Shown here: in pieces, positions 9,065 through 16,756 of the stretch
Layout: every line of letters starts with the position of its first letter
How positions within the stretch are numbered: the stretch's first letter is position 1
DNA from: Kofleriaceae bacterium
GTDB lineage: Bacteria > Myxococcota_A > Polyangia > Haliangiales > Haliangiaceae
Assembly: GCA_036265355.1 (NCBI GenBank)
Contig: DATAPF010000683.1
Span: 35,457-99,456 of the forward strand
Length of the DNA stretch: 64,000 bases
Reading direction: 5' to 3'
Program-made: the position numbers and the translations under genes
The notes under the pieces: model-generated
Told to the model about the DNA's origin: nothing
The model's database searches: none
Seen by the model: the letters and a program-made list of their open reading frames with translations, nothing else

Positions 9065-10738
9065 GTGATCAACGACCTCTGGTACAAGAACGCCGTCATC
9101 TACTGCCTCGACGTCGGCACGTTCATGGATGCCAACGGCGACGGGGTCGGCGACTTCAAGGGCCTGATGCGCCGGCTCGACTACCTCGCCGGGCTCGGCG
9201 TCACCTGCGTGTGGCTGATGCCATTCCAGAAGTCGCCGCGGCGCGACGATGGCTATGACATCTCCGACTACTACCAGGTCGACGAGCGGTTCGGCACGCT
9301 CGGCGACTTCGTCGATTTCACCCACGAGGCCAGGCAGCGCGGCATCCGCGTGATGATCGATCTGGTGGTCAATCACACCTCGGATCAGCACCCGTGGTTC
9401 CAGGCGGCGCGGCGCGACAAGCGCTCGAAGTATCGCGATTACTACCTGTGGGCCGACAAGCGCCCCAGGGACGCCGGCGACGGGGTGGTGTTCCCCGGGG
9501 TGCAGAAGACGACGTGGACGCGCGATCCGGTCGCCGGCAAGTACTACTTCCACCGGTTCTACGACTTCCAGCCCGACCTCAACACGCACAACCCCGAGGT
9601 CCAGGACGAGATCCGGAAGATCATGGGGTTCTATCTCCAGCTCGGCGTGTGCGGCTTCCGGATGGATGCGATGCCGTTCGTGATCCAGAGCAAGGGCGCG
9701 GGCAAGCGGATCGTCGAGCACTACACCATGCTGCGCTCGTTCCGCGAGTTCCTGCAGTGGCGGAGCGGCGACGCGATCATCCTGGCCGAGGCCAACGTCG
9801 TGCCCGACGTGTCGATCAACTACTTCGGGGACGACGGCGATCGGCTGCACATGATGTTCAACTTCTGGGTCAACCAGCGGGTGTTCTACGCGCTGGCCAC
9901 CGCGGACAGCCGGCCGCTCCGCAAGGCGCTCGACCAGACCCGCCGGCGGCCGCCGACCGGGCAGTGGGCGAACTTCCTGCGCAACCACGACGAGCTCGAT
10001 CTCGGCCGGCTCGACGACGCCCAGCGCCAGCGGGTGTTCGACGCGATGGCGCCGGCGGCGACCATGCAGCTCTACAACCGCGGGATCCGGCGGCGGCTCG
10101 CGCCGATGCTCGACGGCGATCGCCGGCGGATCGAGGTCGCCTACAGCCTGTTGTTCACGCTGCCCGGCACGCCGGTGATCCGCTACGGCGACGAGCTCGG
10201 CATGGGCGACAACCTGCGGCTCAAGGAGCGCAACTGCGCGCGCACGCCGATGCAGTGGTCGACCGAGCCGCACGCCGGGTTCACCCGCAGCGATCAACCG
10301 ATCCTGCCGGTGATCGAGGACGGACCGTACGGCTTTCACAAGGTCAACGCGGCGGAGCAGCGCCGGGATCCCCAGTCGATGCTCAACTGGACCGAGCGCA
10401 TCATCCGCATGCGCAAGGAGGTGCCGGAGATCGGCTGGGGCAAGTTCACGCTGATCGATGCCGGCCACGACGCCGTGATCGCGATCCGCTACGACTGGCG
10501 CAACAACAGCGTCGTGACCCTGCATAACCTCGGCAGCGAGGCGATCGAGATCCGGCTGCGGCTGGGCGACGCACGGGCGCACACGCTGGTCAACTTGCTG
10601 TCCGAGGACCACAGCGAGGCCAATCGCCGCGGCCAGCACACCATCGTGCTCGAGCCCTATGGCTACCGCTGGTACCGCGTCGGCGGGCTGGGATACCTGC
10701 TCGAGCGCAGCGTGCCGGGGCGCGGGGAGGACCGCTGA
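9065..10738 (+). CDS. treS: GH13 alpha-amylase-family enzyme, trehalose synthase (maltose alpha-D-glucosyltransferase)-like
   Basis: N-terminus is WYKNAVIYCLDVGTFMDANGDGVGDFKGL..LDYLAGLGVTCVWLMPF..SPRRDDGYDISDY. GH13 catalytic regions are DLVVNHTS, GFRMDAMPF, LAEANV, FLRNHDELDL. The length of 557 aa fits stand-alone TreS. GTG start. The symbol is tentative. Confidence 0.75.
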   Translation: MINDLWYKNAVIYCLDVGTFMDANGDGVGDFKGLMRRLDYLAGLGVTCVWLMPFQKSPRRDDGYDISDYYQVDERFGTLGDFVDFTHEARQRGIRVMIDLVVNHTSDQHPWFQAARRDKRSKYRDYYLWADKRPRDAGDGVVFPGVQKTTWTRDPVAGKYYFHRFYDFQPDLNTHNPEVQDEIRKIMGFYLQLGVCGFRMDAMPFVIQSKGAGKRIVEHYTMLRSFREFLQWRSGDAIILAEANVVPDVSINYFGDDGDRLHMMFNFWVNQRVFYALATADSRPLRKALDQTRRRPPTGQWANFLRNHDELDLGRLDDAQRQRVFDAMAPAATMQLYNRGIRRRLAPMLDGDRRRIEVAYSLLFTLPGTPVIRYGDELGMGDNLRLKERNCARTPMQWSTEPHAGFTRSDQPILPVIEDGPYGFHKVNAAEQRRDPQSMLNWTERIIRMRKEVPEIGWGKFTLIDAGHDAVIAIRYDWRNNSVVTLHNLGSEAIEIRLRLGDARAHTLVNLLSEDHSEANRRGQHTIVLEPYGYRWYRVGGLGYLLERSVPGRGEDR

Positions 10739-10744
10739 GCGCGT

Positions 10745-10787
10745 GGATCGCGCGCGCCGCGGTCACCGCGCCGCCGTCGCGCGATCC
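10745..10787 (+). terminator. GC-rich hairpin 7 nt after the treS-like stop (possible factor-independent terminator without a U tract)
   Basis: Perfect 10-bp arms GGATCGCGCG (10745-10754) and CGCGCGATCC (10778-10787). An inner palindrome GCGGTcACCGC sits in the loop. Confidence 0.35.
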
Positions 10788-10834
10788 GGCAAGTCAATCT
10801 TAACGGTGGCGGACGAGTCAGTGCGCCGCGCGAT

Positions 10835-11929
10835 TTGCACAGTGCGGACATCGTGCGTGCACCGAGTCTGCTCGTGATGCTCGTGATCGGGAGTCGACTC
10901 GCCGCCGCGAATCCCGACGCGCCGTCGACCGCGCCCGCCGGCGCGCCGCCCGTCGCCGCACAGCCGAGCGCGCCCGACCCCGGCGAGCCGTCCGGCGCGC
11001 CGGCCGAAGCCCACCCGATCGCGGCGCAGCTCCTGCTCGGCGCCGGGTACACGACGTTCGGGCTGTGGGCGTACGGCGCGTGGTACGCAAAGCACAAGGG
11101 GCTCGGCTACTACAAGTGGGGCGGCGATGATCGCAACTGCCGCTATCCAGGCGGCCCCGGCTTCTTCTCGCTGTGCGAGCTCACCGCGTGGGCCGGCTCC
11201 AACACGTACGCCGGTGGTGCCGACAAGTTCGGCCACGCGTGGTCGACCATGGCGCTGGCGCGCGGCGGCACCGAGTTGCTGTCGCGCTACGGCGGGTTCG
11301 ATCACCTGAAGTCGAGCCTGATCTCCGCCGCGCTGGCCGACACGCTGTTCTTCTTCGTCGAGGTCAAGGACGGCTACTTCTACGAGTTCTCGTACAGCGA
11401 TCTCGGCGCCGACACGCTCGGCGCGATCATCGCGGTGCTGCTCGACAACTTCCCGCGGCTCGACGAGATGCTCGACTATCGCGTCCAGTACTTCCCGAGC
11501 CGGGGCTACCTCGACAACATCAGCGGCGGCAACGGCTACAGCCGGCTCAACATCGCGGAGGACTACAGCGGTGAGACCTACCTGATCGCGTTTCACCTGG
11601 GCTCGATCCACGCGCTGCGCGATGCGCGCCACGGCGCGTGGTCGCGGTTCGTCGATCTCGCGATCGGCTTCGATTCGCGCGGCTACAAGCCGAGCCCGCC
11701 GATGGGCTACCCGCCGTACGAGCACCACCAGGACCTGTTCCTCGGGATCTCGTTCAACGCCCAGGGCCTGTTCGACTGGCTCCTCGAGGACCGCGCGTCC
11801 AGGGCGGCGCGGACCACGCGCTACATCACCCACGGTGTGTTCGAGCTGTTCAACCTGCCGTACACGGCGCTACCCGTGATCGATCACCGCAACGTGCCGA
11901 ACGGTCCTGTGATGATGGGCGGCGCGTGA
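10835..11929 (+). CDS. Secreted/periplasmic protein, DUF2279-like
   Basis: Balanced composition, rich in Y/F/W/K. The central GGADKFGHAWS motif recalls the DKxxH signature of the DUF2279 lipoprotein family. The listed start is TTG 10835. An in-frame GTG at 10853 (VRAPSLLVMLVIGSRLAAA, signal-like) is equally plausible. Confidence 0.7.
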   Translation: MHSADIVRAPSLLVMLVIGSRLAAANPDAPSTAPAGAPPVAAQPSAPDPGEPSGAPAEAHPIAAQLLLGAGYTTFGLWAYGAWYAKHKGLGYYKWGGDDRNCRYPGGPGFFSLCELTAWAGSNTYAGGADKFGHAWSTMALARGGTELLSRYGGFDHLKSSLISAALADTLFFFVEVKDGYFYEFSYSDLGADTLGAIIAVLLDNFPRLDEMLDYRVQYFPSRGYLDNISGGNGYSRLNIAEDYSGETYLIAFHLGSIHALRDARHGAWSRFVDLAIGFDSRGYKPSPPMGYPPYEHHQDLFLGISFNAQGLFDWLLEDRASRAARTTRYITHGVFELFNLPYTALPVIDHRNVPNGPVMMGGA

Positions 11930-11934
11930 TCTGA

Positions 11935-11963
11935 CAGCAGGGGCCGGGCCGACCGGCCTGCTG
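11935..11963 (+). terminator. Hairpin immediately after the DUF2279-like gene
   Basis: Sequence cagca-gg-ggccgg-gccga-ccggcc-tgctg gives 11 paired bases with a 2-nt bulge and a 5-nt loop, 6 nt after the stop. No U tract. Confidence 0.35.
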
Positions 11964-12277
11964 CAGACCTCGAACCTCGCGATCGGGTCAGCGAGCTGTT
12001 CGAGGTCGGCAAGCGGGCCGCGCCGCGATGCCGCCGAGCCTGCGCACCCGCGAGGCGATCGAGTCCTCGGTCGACGCGGTTCTACGAGGACCACACCGGC
12101 ACGCTGTCGGTGCCGGCCGATGCGGTCCTGACCGACGGCGCGCGGTCGGGAGGGTTAGCCGTGGTCGCCGCCGGATCGGCCGCGGCCGCCTTCGCAGCGC
12201 GCCGAGGTCTCACCAGCCGGGGGACCGTGCGCGCTGACGCCCGATGGCCGACGTGCCGTCTCGACATGACTCTGCCT

Positions 12278-12306
12278 CTACAATCGGCCTGATGATCGAA
12301 TTGTAG
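12278..12306. promoter_or_regulatory. Inverted repeat CTACAAT-N15-ATTGTAG in the AT-richer spacer upstream of the WD40 kinase gene
   Basis: Read directly: ctacaatcggcctgatgatcgaattgtag. It lies about 270 nt upstream of ATG 12573. Possible operator; function unknown. Confidence 0.2.
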
Positions 12307-12572
12307 TCAGGTTTGCCAGTGGACAGGCAGCTTCCGGCAAAGCCGGGTTGCCTTCGCAGGCGAGCCGTCGTGCGTCCGGCCACCGGACTCGTGGCTGCGA
12401 CCGTCGTCGAGGCGCGGTCGCGTCGCCTCGGCACACCTCCCGCGAGCCCGGCGAGCGCCAGAGACCCACCCGAGCAGCCTCTAACGTGAGCACTGCAAGA
12501 TGCCACGGCAGCAGGAGCTCTCAGTAGGTAAACGACCTGAGCTTATCCCCTTCACGGCGGAGTCGACGACCG

Positions 12573-15500
12573 ATGGTAGAACGGGTTCTCTCTGGGCGCA
12601 CGCTGGGCGAGTTCATCCTGCGCGAGCAGATCGGCGAGGGTGGCCACGGCGTCGTGTACCGCGGCGAGCAGCCGCTGCTCGAGCGCGATGTGGTGATCAA
12701 GGTGATGCGCGAGCGCTGCTGTGACGAGGTCTCGCAGCGGCGCTTCCTGCGCGAGGTGAAGCTCGCATCGCTGCTCGACCACCCCTACGCGGCGCACGTC
12801 TACGCGTTCGGAGTCGAAGCTCAGGACGGCCTGCTGTGGATCGCGATGGAGCGGGTGCGGGGCGTCCCGCTCGACCGCTGGCTGGAGGCACACGGGCCGA
12901 TGCCGCTCGAGCAGTTCGTGCCGTTCTTCGAGTGCGTCGCCCAGGTGGTCCACGCCGCGCACGAGCAGGGGATCGTGCACCGCGATCTGAAGCCGTCGAA
13001 CATCATGGTCGTCGAGCACGGGGGCCGCCTGTTTCCCAAGCTCCTCGACTTCGGGATCGCCAAGGCAGACCTCGAGGTCACGCTCCCGGTGCCGGCGCGC
13101 TGGCCGGACGGCTCGCTCACCCCGGATCGCGAGCTCGCGGAGCCCGACCCCGACGACGTGGACACGCTGCGCATCCTGCGCCGGCCGCGCTCCGCGCCGC
13201 GCATCCGCGTCGACCCCGACCCCGCTGGATCGTCGGCGACCCTGCCCGGGCTGACGCCGTTCGGCGCCTGCATCGGCTCGCAGCCCTACATGGCCCCCGA
13301 GCAGTGGTGCAACGCCGAGGCCGTGGGTCCGGCGGCCGATGTCTACGCGCTCGGCGTCGTCGCCTACCAGGCCCTGAGCGGGCGCCTGCCGTTCATCGCG
13401 GACACCACCGGCGAGTACTTTCTCCAGCACCGCCATGAACAGGTGCCGTCGCTCGGCGGCAGCTTCCCCTCGGACCTCGATCGTGCCATTCGATGCGCGC
13501 TCGACAAGTATCCCGAGCACCGCCCCGGCAACACGCTGGAGCTGGCCTCGGCGCTGCGGGCGGCGCTGCGGGCGAGCAAGCGCGAGCACCTCCGGGCCTC
13601 GGCGCAGCAGTGGCACGATCAGGCCGAGGTACCGGGCTTGCTGTGGCGAGCCGACGTGCTCGAAGACGCCATGCGCAGCGTCCCCAGGGAGGCGCTCAGC
13701 AACCTGGAGTGCTCGTTCGTCGCCGAGAGCCAGCGGCGGATCCGGCGTACCCGCTGGATCCGGAGGTCGCTCGTCGCGCTCGCCGTGGGGGTCGCGATCG
13801 GCGGGTTCCACTACCGCGCGGTGATGCAGGCACGCATGGCCGACCAGATCGCCACCGAAGCCGAGGTCGAACAGGGCCGGCAAGCGCTGCTCCACGGCGA
13901 ATCGGCAGAAGCGCTGCTCCACCTCGCACAGGCATATCAGCGCGGCGACCACTCGCCGAGCTCGATGTTCATGCTGTCGCACGCGCTGGCCCCGTGGCTG
14001 GCCGAGCGCGCGCGTTTCACGACGGCCTCGGGGCCGATGTGGTCGGCGGCGTTCTCCCCCGACGGTCATCAGATCGTCACGACCGACAGCCGAGGTGCGC
14101 GGGTCTGGGATGCCCAGACCCACCAGCTGCGGTTCGCGCTGCCGCACGGTGATACCGCTTATCAGGCCGTCTACAGCGCCGATGGTACGACGCTCGTCAC
14201 CGCCGGCGGCGACGGCGTCGTCAAGATGTGGAGCGCGGCGACCGGAGCGCTGCTGCGCGCGCTGAGGCCACCGCGACAGGCGACCGGCAGTCCGCCCAGA
14301 TATTTCGCGGTCGGGGTGTCGCCCGATGGCCTCGTCGTCGCGGCGATAGACAGTCAAGGTAAGGTCGCGCATGCATGGGACGCACACACCGGCGCTCTGC
14401 TCGCGGAGATACCCAACGACGGCTCATGGAATCCGGCACTGGCGTTCAGCGCCGACGGCCGCTGGCTCGCGACGAGCGGCGGCGACGACGTTCGCGTGTT
14501 CGACACCCGGACGTGGACGCAAGCGCTCACGCTCTCCGGGCAGCACATTCGCACGCTTGCCTTCGACCCCACAGGGCCGCGGCTCGTCACTGGCTCGTCG
14601 GAAGGCGACGCCTCGATCTGGGCGATTCCGAGCGGTCAGCGGCTCCGACACCTGCGTGACGTCGGTGAGCCGATCGATGTGGTCGCGTTCTCGCCCAGCG
14701 GCGAGCTCGTCGTCACCGCAAGTCGGGACGGTGCGGAGCAGGTCTGGAATGCCGGCTCGGGGCACGTGGTGAGCCAGCTCAACTATCACCGCACCCGGCT
14801 CACATCGGTCGAGTTCGACTCGTCCTCGCAGCGCCTGCTCGCCGCCGGATTGAAGGGCGCCGTGGTCGTCTCCGACGTCGCGCAGGGCCTGCCCATCGCC
14901 GTGCTTGGAGGTGCGGTGAACGCCGTCCGGAGCGCACACTTCGATCCGACCTCGCGCCGTGTCATCGGCGCATCTCTGGACAGCACAGTACGGGTATGGG
15001 ATGCGATCCCACCATATCGCCGCTGGAGCACGTTGCCCATCGGTGTCGACTGCGACACCGCGGAGAGCCTCGAGCCCGATCAACGGTTCATCGCACTCAG
15101 CTGCCAGAACCACGGCACTCACGTCTGGGACACAGCACGCGGCGAGTTACTCGCTGAGCTGCCTGCGGTAACGCTGGTCGACGGAGACTATTACTCAGCA
15201 TTTCCGGCGGTGTCCGCTGCGGGTGATCGCGCCGCCATCGCGCGCGGCCATACCGTGGAGATCTATGCGCTGCCGGGCGCCCACCTCATCCGCACGATCG
15301 CGCACGGTGCACCGGTCAACGCAGTCGCCTTTGCCCCCCTCGGACACGATGTCATCAGCGGTGCCATCGACGGCTCGCTGTTCGTGACGCGGGACGATCG
15401 CGAGCCGCTCGCGCTGCCAGCGTCGGCCCATGGTATCGACGTCGCGGGGTTTCTCGGCGATCGTCGGATCGTGGCAGTCGATGCGAGCCGCCGGCTCCGG

Positions 15501-16100
15501 GTCATCGACACGCAAAGTCATGCAGTCCTCGCAGAGCTCGAGGCCCCCACCCGCGTGAGGTCGCTGCGACTGTCGCCAGGTGGGCGCCTGGTCACGATCC
15601 CGGTGCGAAGCAAACCGGCTCCGCCCGTGCTGTGGGATCTCGAGAGCTACCGTATCGTGGCTCAGCTCGCGGGCCACGCCGGTCGAGTGTTCTCGGCTCG
15701 CTTCGTGCGCGGTGGCCACGACATCATGACCTCCGCTGCGGATGGGACGGCGCGGCTGTGGGACGCCCGGACCGGTCGGCCCAGACAGATATTCTCGGCC
15801 GGCGTCGCTTTCTTGTTCGATGCAACGCTCTCGCCCGATGGTGCCATGGTCGTGGCCGGTGGTGCCGATGGTTCATTGCGATTCTGGGATGCCACCACAG
15901 GGCACCAGCTCTGGGCGCTCCCGGTGCACCGGTCCTACGTGATCGGAATCCACTTCGAGGGCGATGAGATCGTGACGCGCAGCTTCATCGGGGACGTCGC
16001 CCGCTGGTCCATGCTCCAGCCGATCTCGCCGGGGGTGCTCGGCAATCTGACCAGGTGCCAACTATCATTCTGTGATCCCACTATTAAGGTGGGTGAATGA
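12573..16100 (+). CDS. Hanks-type Ser/Thr protein kinase fused to a long WD40 beta-propeller region
   Basis: Kinase motifs are GEGGHGVVY, VVIKV, HRDLKPSN, DFGIAK, APEQ. A hydrophobic segment (LVALAVGVAIGGF) follows, then about 14-16 WD40-like units (..FSPDG..IVT...DG..RVWD..). GGAG lies about 10 nt upstream of the ATG. Confidence 0.95.
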   Translation: MVERVLSGRTLGEFILREQIGEGGHGVVYRGEQPLLERDVVIKVMRERCCDEVSQRRFLREVKLASLLDHPYAAHVYAFGVEAQDGLLWIAMERVRGVPLDRWLEAHGPMPLEQFVPFFECVAQVVHAAHEQGIVHRDLKPSNIMVVEHGGRLFPKLLDFGIAKADLEVTLPVPARWPDGSLTPDRELAEPDPDDVDTLRILRRPRSAPRIRVDPDPAGSSATLPGLTPFGACIGSQPYMAPEQWCNAEAVGPAADVYALGVVAYQALSGRLPFIADTTGEYFLQHRHEQVPSLGGSFPSDLDRAIRCALDKYPEHRPGNTLELASALRAALRASKREHLRASAQQWHDQAEVPGLLWRADVLEDAMRSVPREALSNLECSFVAESQRRIRRTRWIRRSLVALAVGVAIGGFHYRAVMQARMADQIATEAEVEQGRQALLHGESAEALLHLAQAYQRGDHSPSSMFMLSHALAPWLAERARFTTASGPMWSAAFSPDGHQIVTTDSRGARVWDAQTHQLRFALPHGDTAYQAVYSADGTTLVTAGGDGVVKMWSAATGALLRALRPPRQATGSPPRYFAVGVSPDGLVVAAIDSQGKVAHAWDAHTGALLAEIPNDGSWNPALAFSADGRWLATSGGDDVRVFDTRTWTQALTLSGQHIRTLAFDPTGPRLVTGSSEGDASIWAIPSGQRLRHLRDVGEPIDVVAFSPSGELVVTASRDGAEQVWNAGSGHVVSQLNYHRTRLTSVEFDSSSQRLLAAGLKGAVVVSDVAQGLPIAVLGGAVNAVRSAHFDPTSRRVIGASLDSTVRVWDAIPPYRRWSTLPIGVDCDTAESLEPDQRFIALSCQNHGTHVWDTARGELLAELPAVTLVDGDYYSAFPAVSAAGDRAAIARGHTVEIYALPGAHLIRTIAHGAPVNAVAFAPLGHDVISGAIDGSLFVTRDDREPLALPASAHGIDVAGFLGDRRIVAVDASRRLRVIDTQSHAVLAELEAPTRVRSLRLSPGGRLVTIPVRSKPAPPVLWDLESYRIVAQLAGHAGRVFSARFVRGGHDIMTSAADGTARLWDARTGRPRQIFSAGVAFLFDATLSPDGAMVVAGGADGSLRFWDATTGHQLWALPVHRSYVIGIHFEGDEIVTRSFIGDVARWSMLQPISPGVLGNLTRCQLSFCDPTIKVGE

Positions 16101-16123
16101 CTGGTCCTGTCGGCGATTGTAGG

Positions 16124-16129
16124 TATAAT
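16124..16129 (+). promoter_or_regulatory. TATAAT -10-like hexamer 6 nt upstream of the small-peptide ATG (possible leaderless transcript)
   Basis: Sequence aggTATAATgtgcatATG. No Shine-Dalgarno motif precedes ATG 16136, and no good -35 box at canonical spacing was seen. Confidence 0.25.
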
Positions 16130-16135
16130 GTGCAT

Positions 16136-16345
16136 ATGAAGAAAACCATGACCAAGCTGGTGCTGAAACGCGAAATGATCCGGACGCTTGACCGTATGCA
16201 ACTCGAGGGGATTCGCGGCGGTGGCGACGACGCCGCCGCGCGCGCCGATTCGGGGAACGGAGCTGGCTGCCCGGGGCTCATGGACACGGGGAACGGAGGC
16301 GGCTGCCCGGGGCGGCCTGACCACAAGCCGGCGGTTGGTGGATAA
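16136..16345 (+). CDS. 69-aa peptide with a double-glycine-type leader and a duplicated GNGxGCPG core (putative secreted or modified peptide precursor)
   Basis: Sequence is MKKTMTKLVLKREMIRTLDRMQLEGIRGG | GDDAAARADSGNGAGCPGLMDTGNGGGCPGRPDHKPAVGG. The leader follows the Lys-rich, L.L.KE.IR.L....L..V.GG pattern of GG-leader peptides. Start taken at the ATG inside listed ORF 16097..16345. It sits in an AT-richer pocket. Confidence 0.55.
   Translation: MKKTMTKLVLKREMIRTLDRMQLEGIRGGGDDAAARADSGNGAGCPGLMDTGNGGGCPGRPDHKPAVGG
16252..16312 (+). repeat. Two near-identical 25-nt direct repeats with a 36-nt period inside the peptide core
   Basis: ggggaacggagCTggctgcccgggg (16252-16276) and ggggaacggagGCggctgcccgggg (16288-16312) differ at 2 nt. 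They encode GNGAGCPG and GNGGGCPG. Confidence 0.9.
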
Positions 16346-16756
16346 CCTGCACCGGCATGCTGGTCACTGATCGACATCGATCCGTGGACTTCGTGATCGG
16401 CTGCATCCGGCGCGTGCTGGCCCAGACCGGCAACAACGCGACACCATACGCGAGGGCTCGCGCCGCTTGGAATCCGCTGCTTCACAACGCACCATTTCAC
16501 GACTCGCTGCTGCGGATAGACCTGTTGCAGGAGCGCGGCGCGCACATCGGGAGTGTGTTTCACATGCGCATTCCCGCTCGCCCGCTGGGTTCATGTACAG
16601 CGTGCGACGTTCACCGGATGTTGCGCAAGGCGGCTTTCGCGCGCATGGGCCGGCGATCACCAGGCCGCAAGCTCGTGATCCGGAGCAGGCGCAGCACGGC
16701 CAGCGCGCCGAGCAGCTCGCTGTCACCGAGCTTACCGTCGAGCCGCGCGAGGATTC

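Noticed and set aside
8294-10639. 781-aa minus-strand ORF antisense to the Moco-subunit 3' end and the treS-like gene (also 9394..10527 plus strand)
   Set aside because: Composition is artefact-like, and the plus-strand frame contains all GH13 catalytic motifs.
10763-11833. 356-aa minus-strand ORF opposite the DUF2279-like gene
   Set aside because: The plus-strand product has natural composition rich in aromatic and Lys residues and a signal-like N-terminus. The minus-strand product is Arg/Ala/Val/Glu low complexity.
11964-12572. Small ORFs (12028..12237, 12110..12292, 12210..12506 and others) in the 640-bp spacer before the WD40 kinase
   Set aside because: All are Arg/Ala/Pro-rich, mutually overlapping, and lack an RBS or motifs. 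The region is treated as non-coding promoter or leader DNA, and only the inverted repeat is noted.
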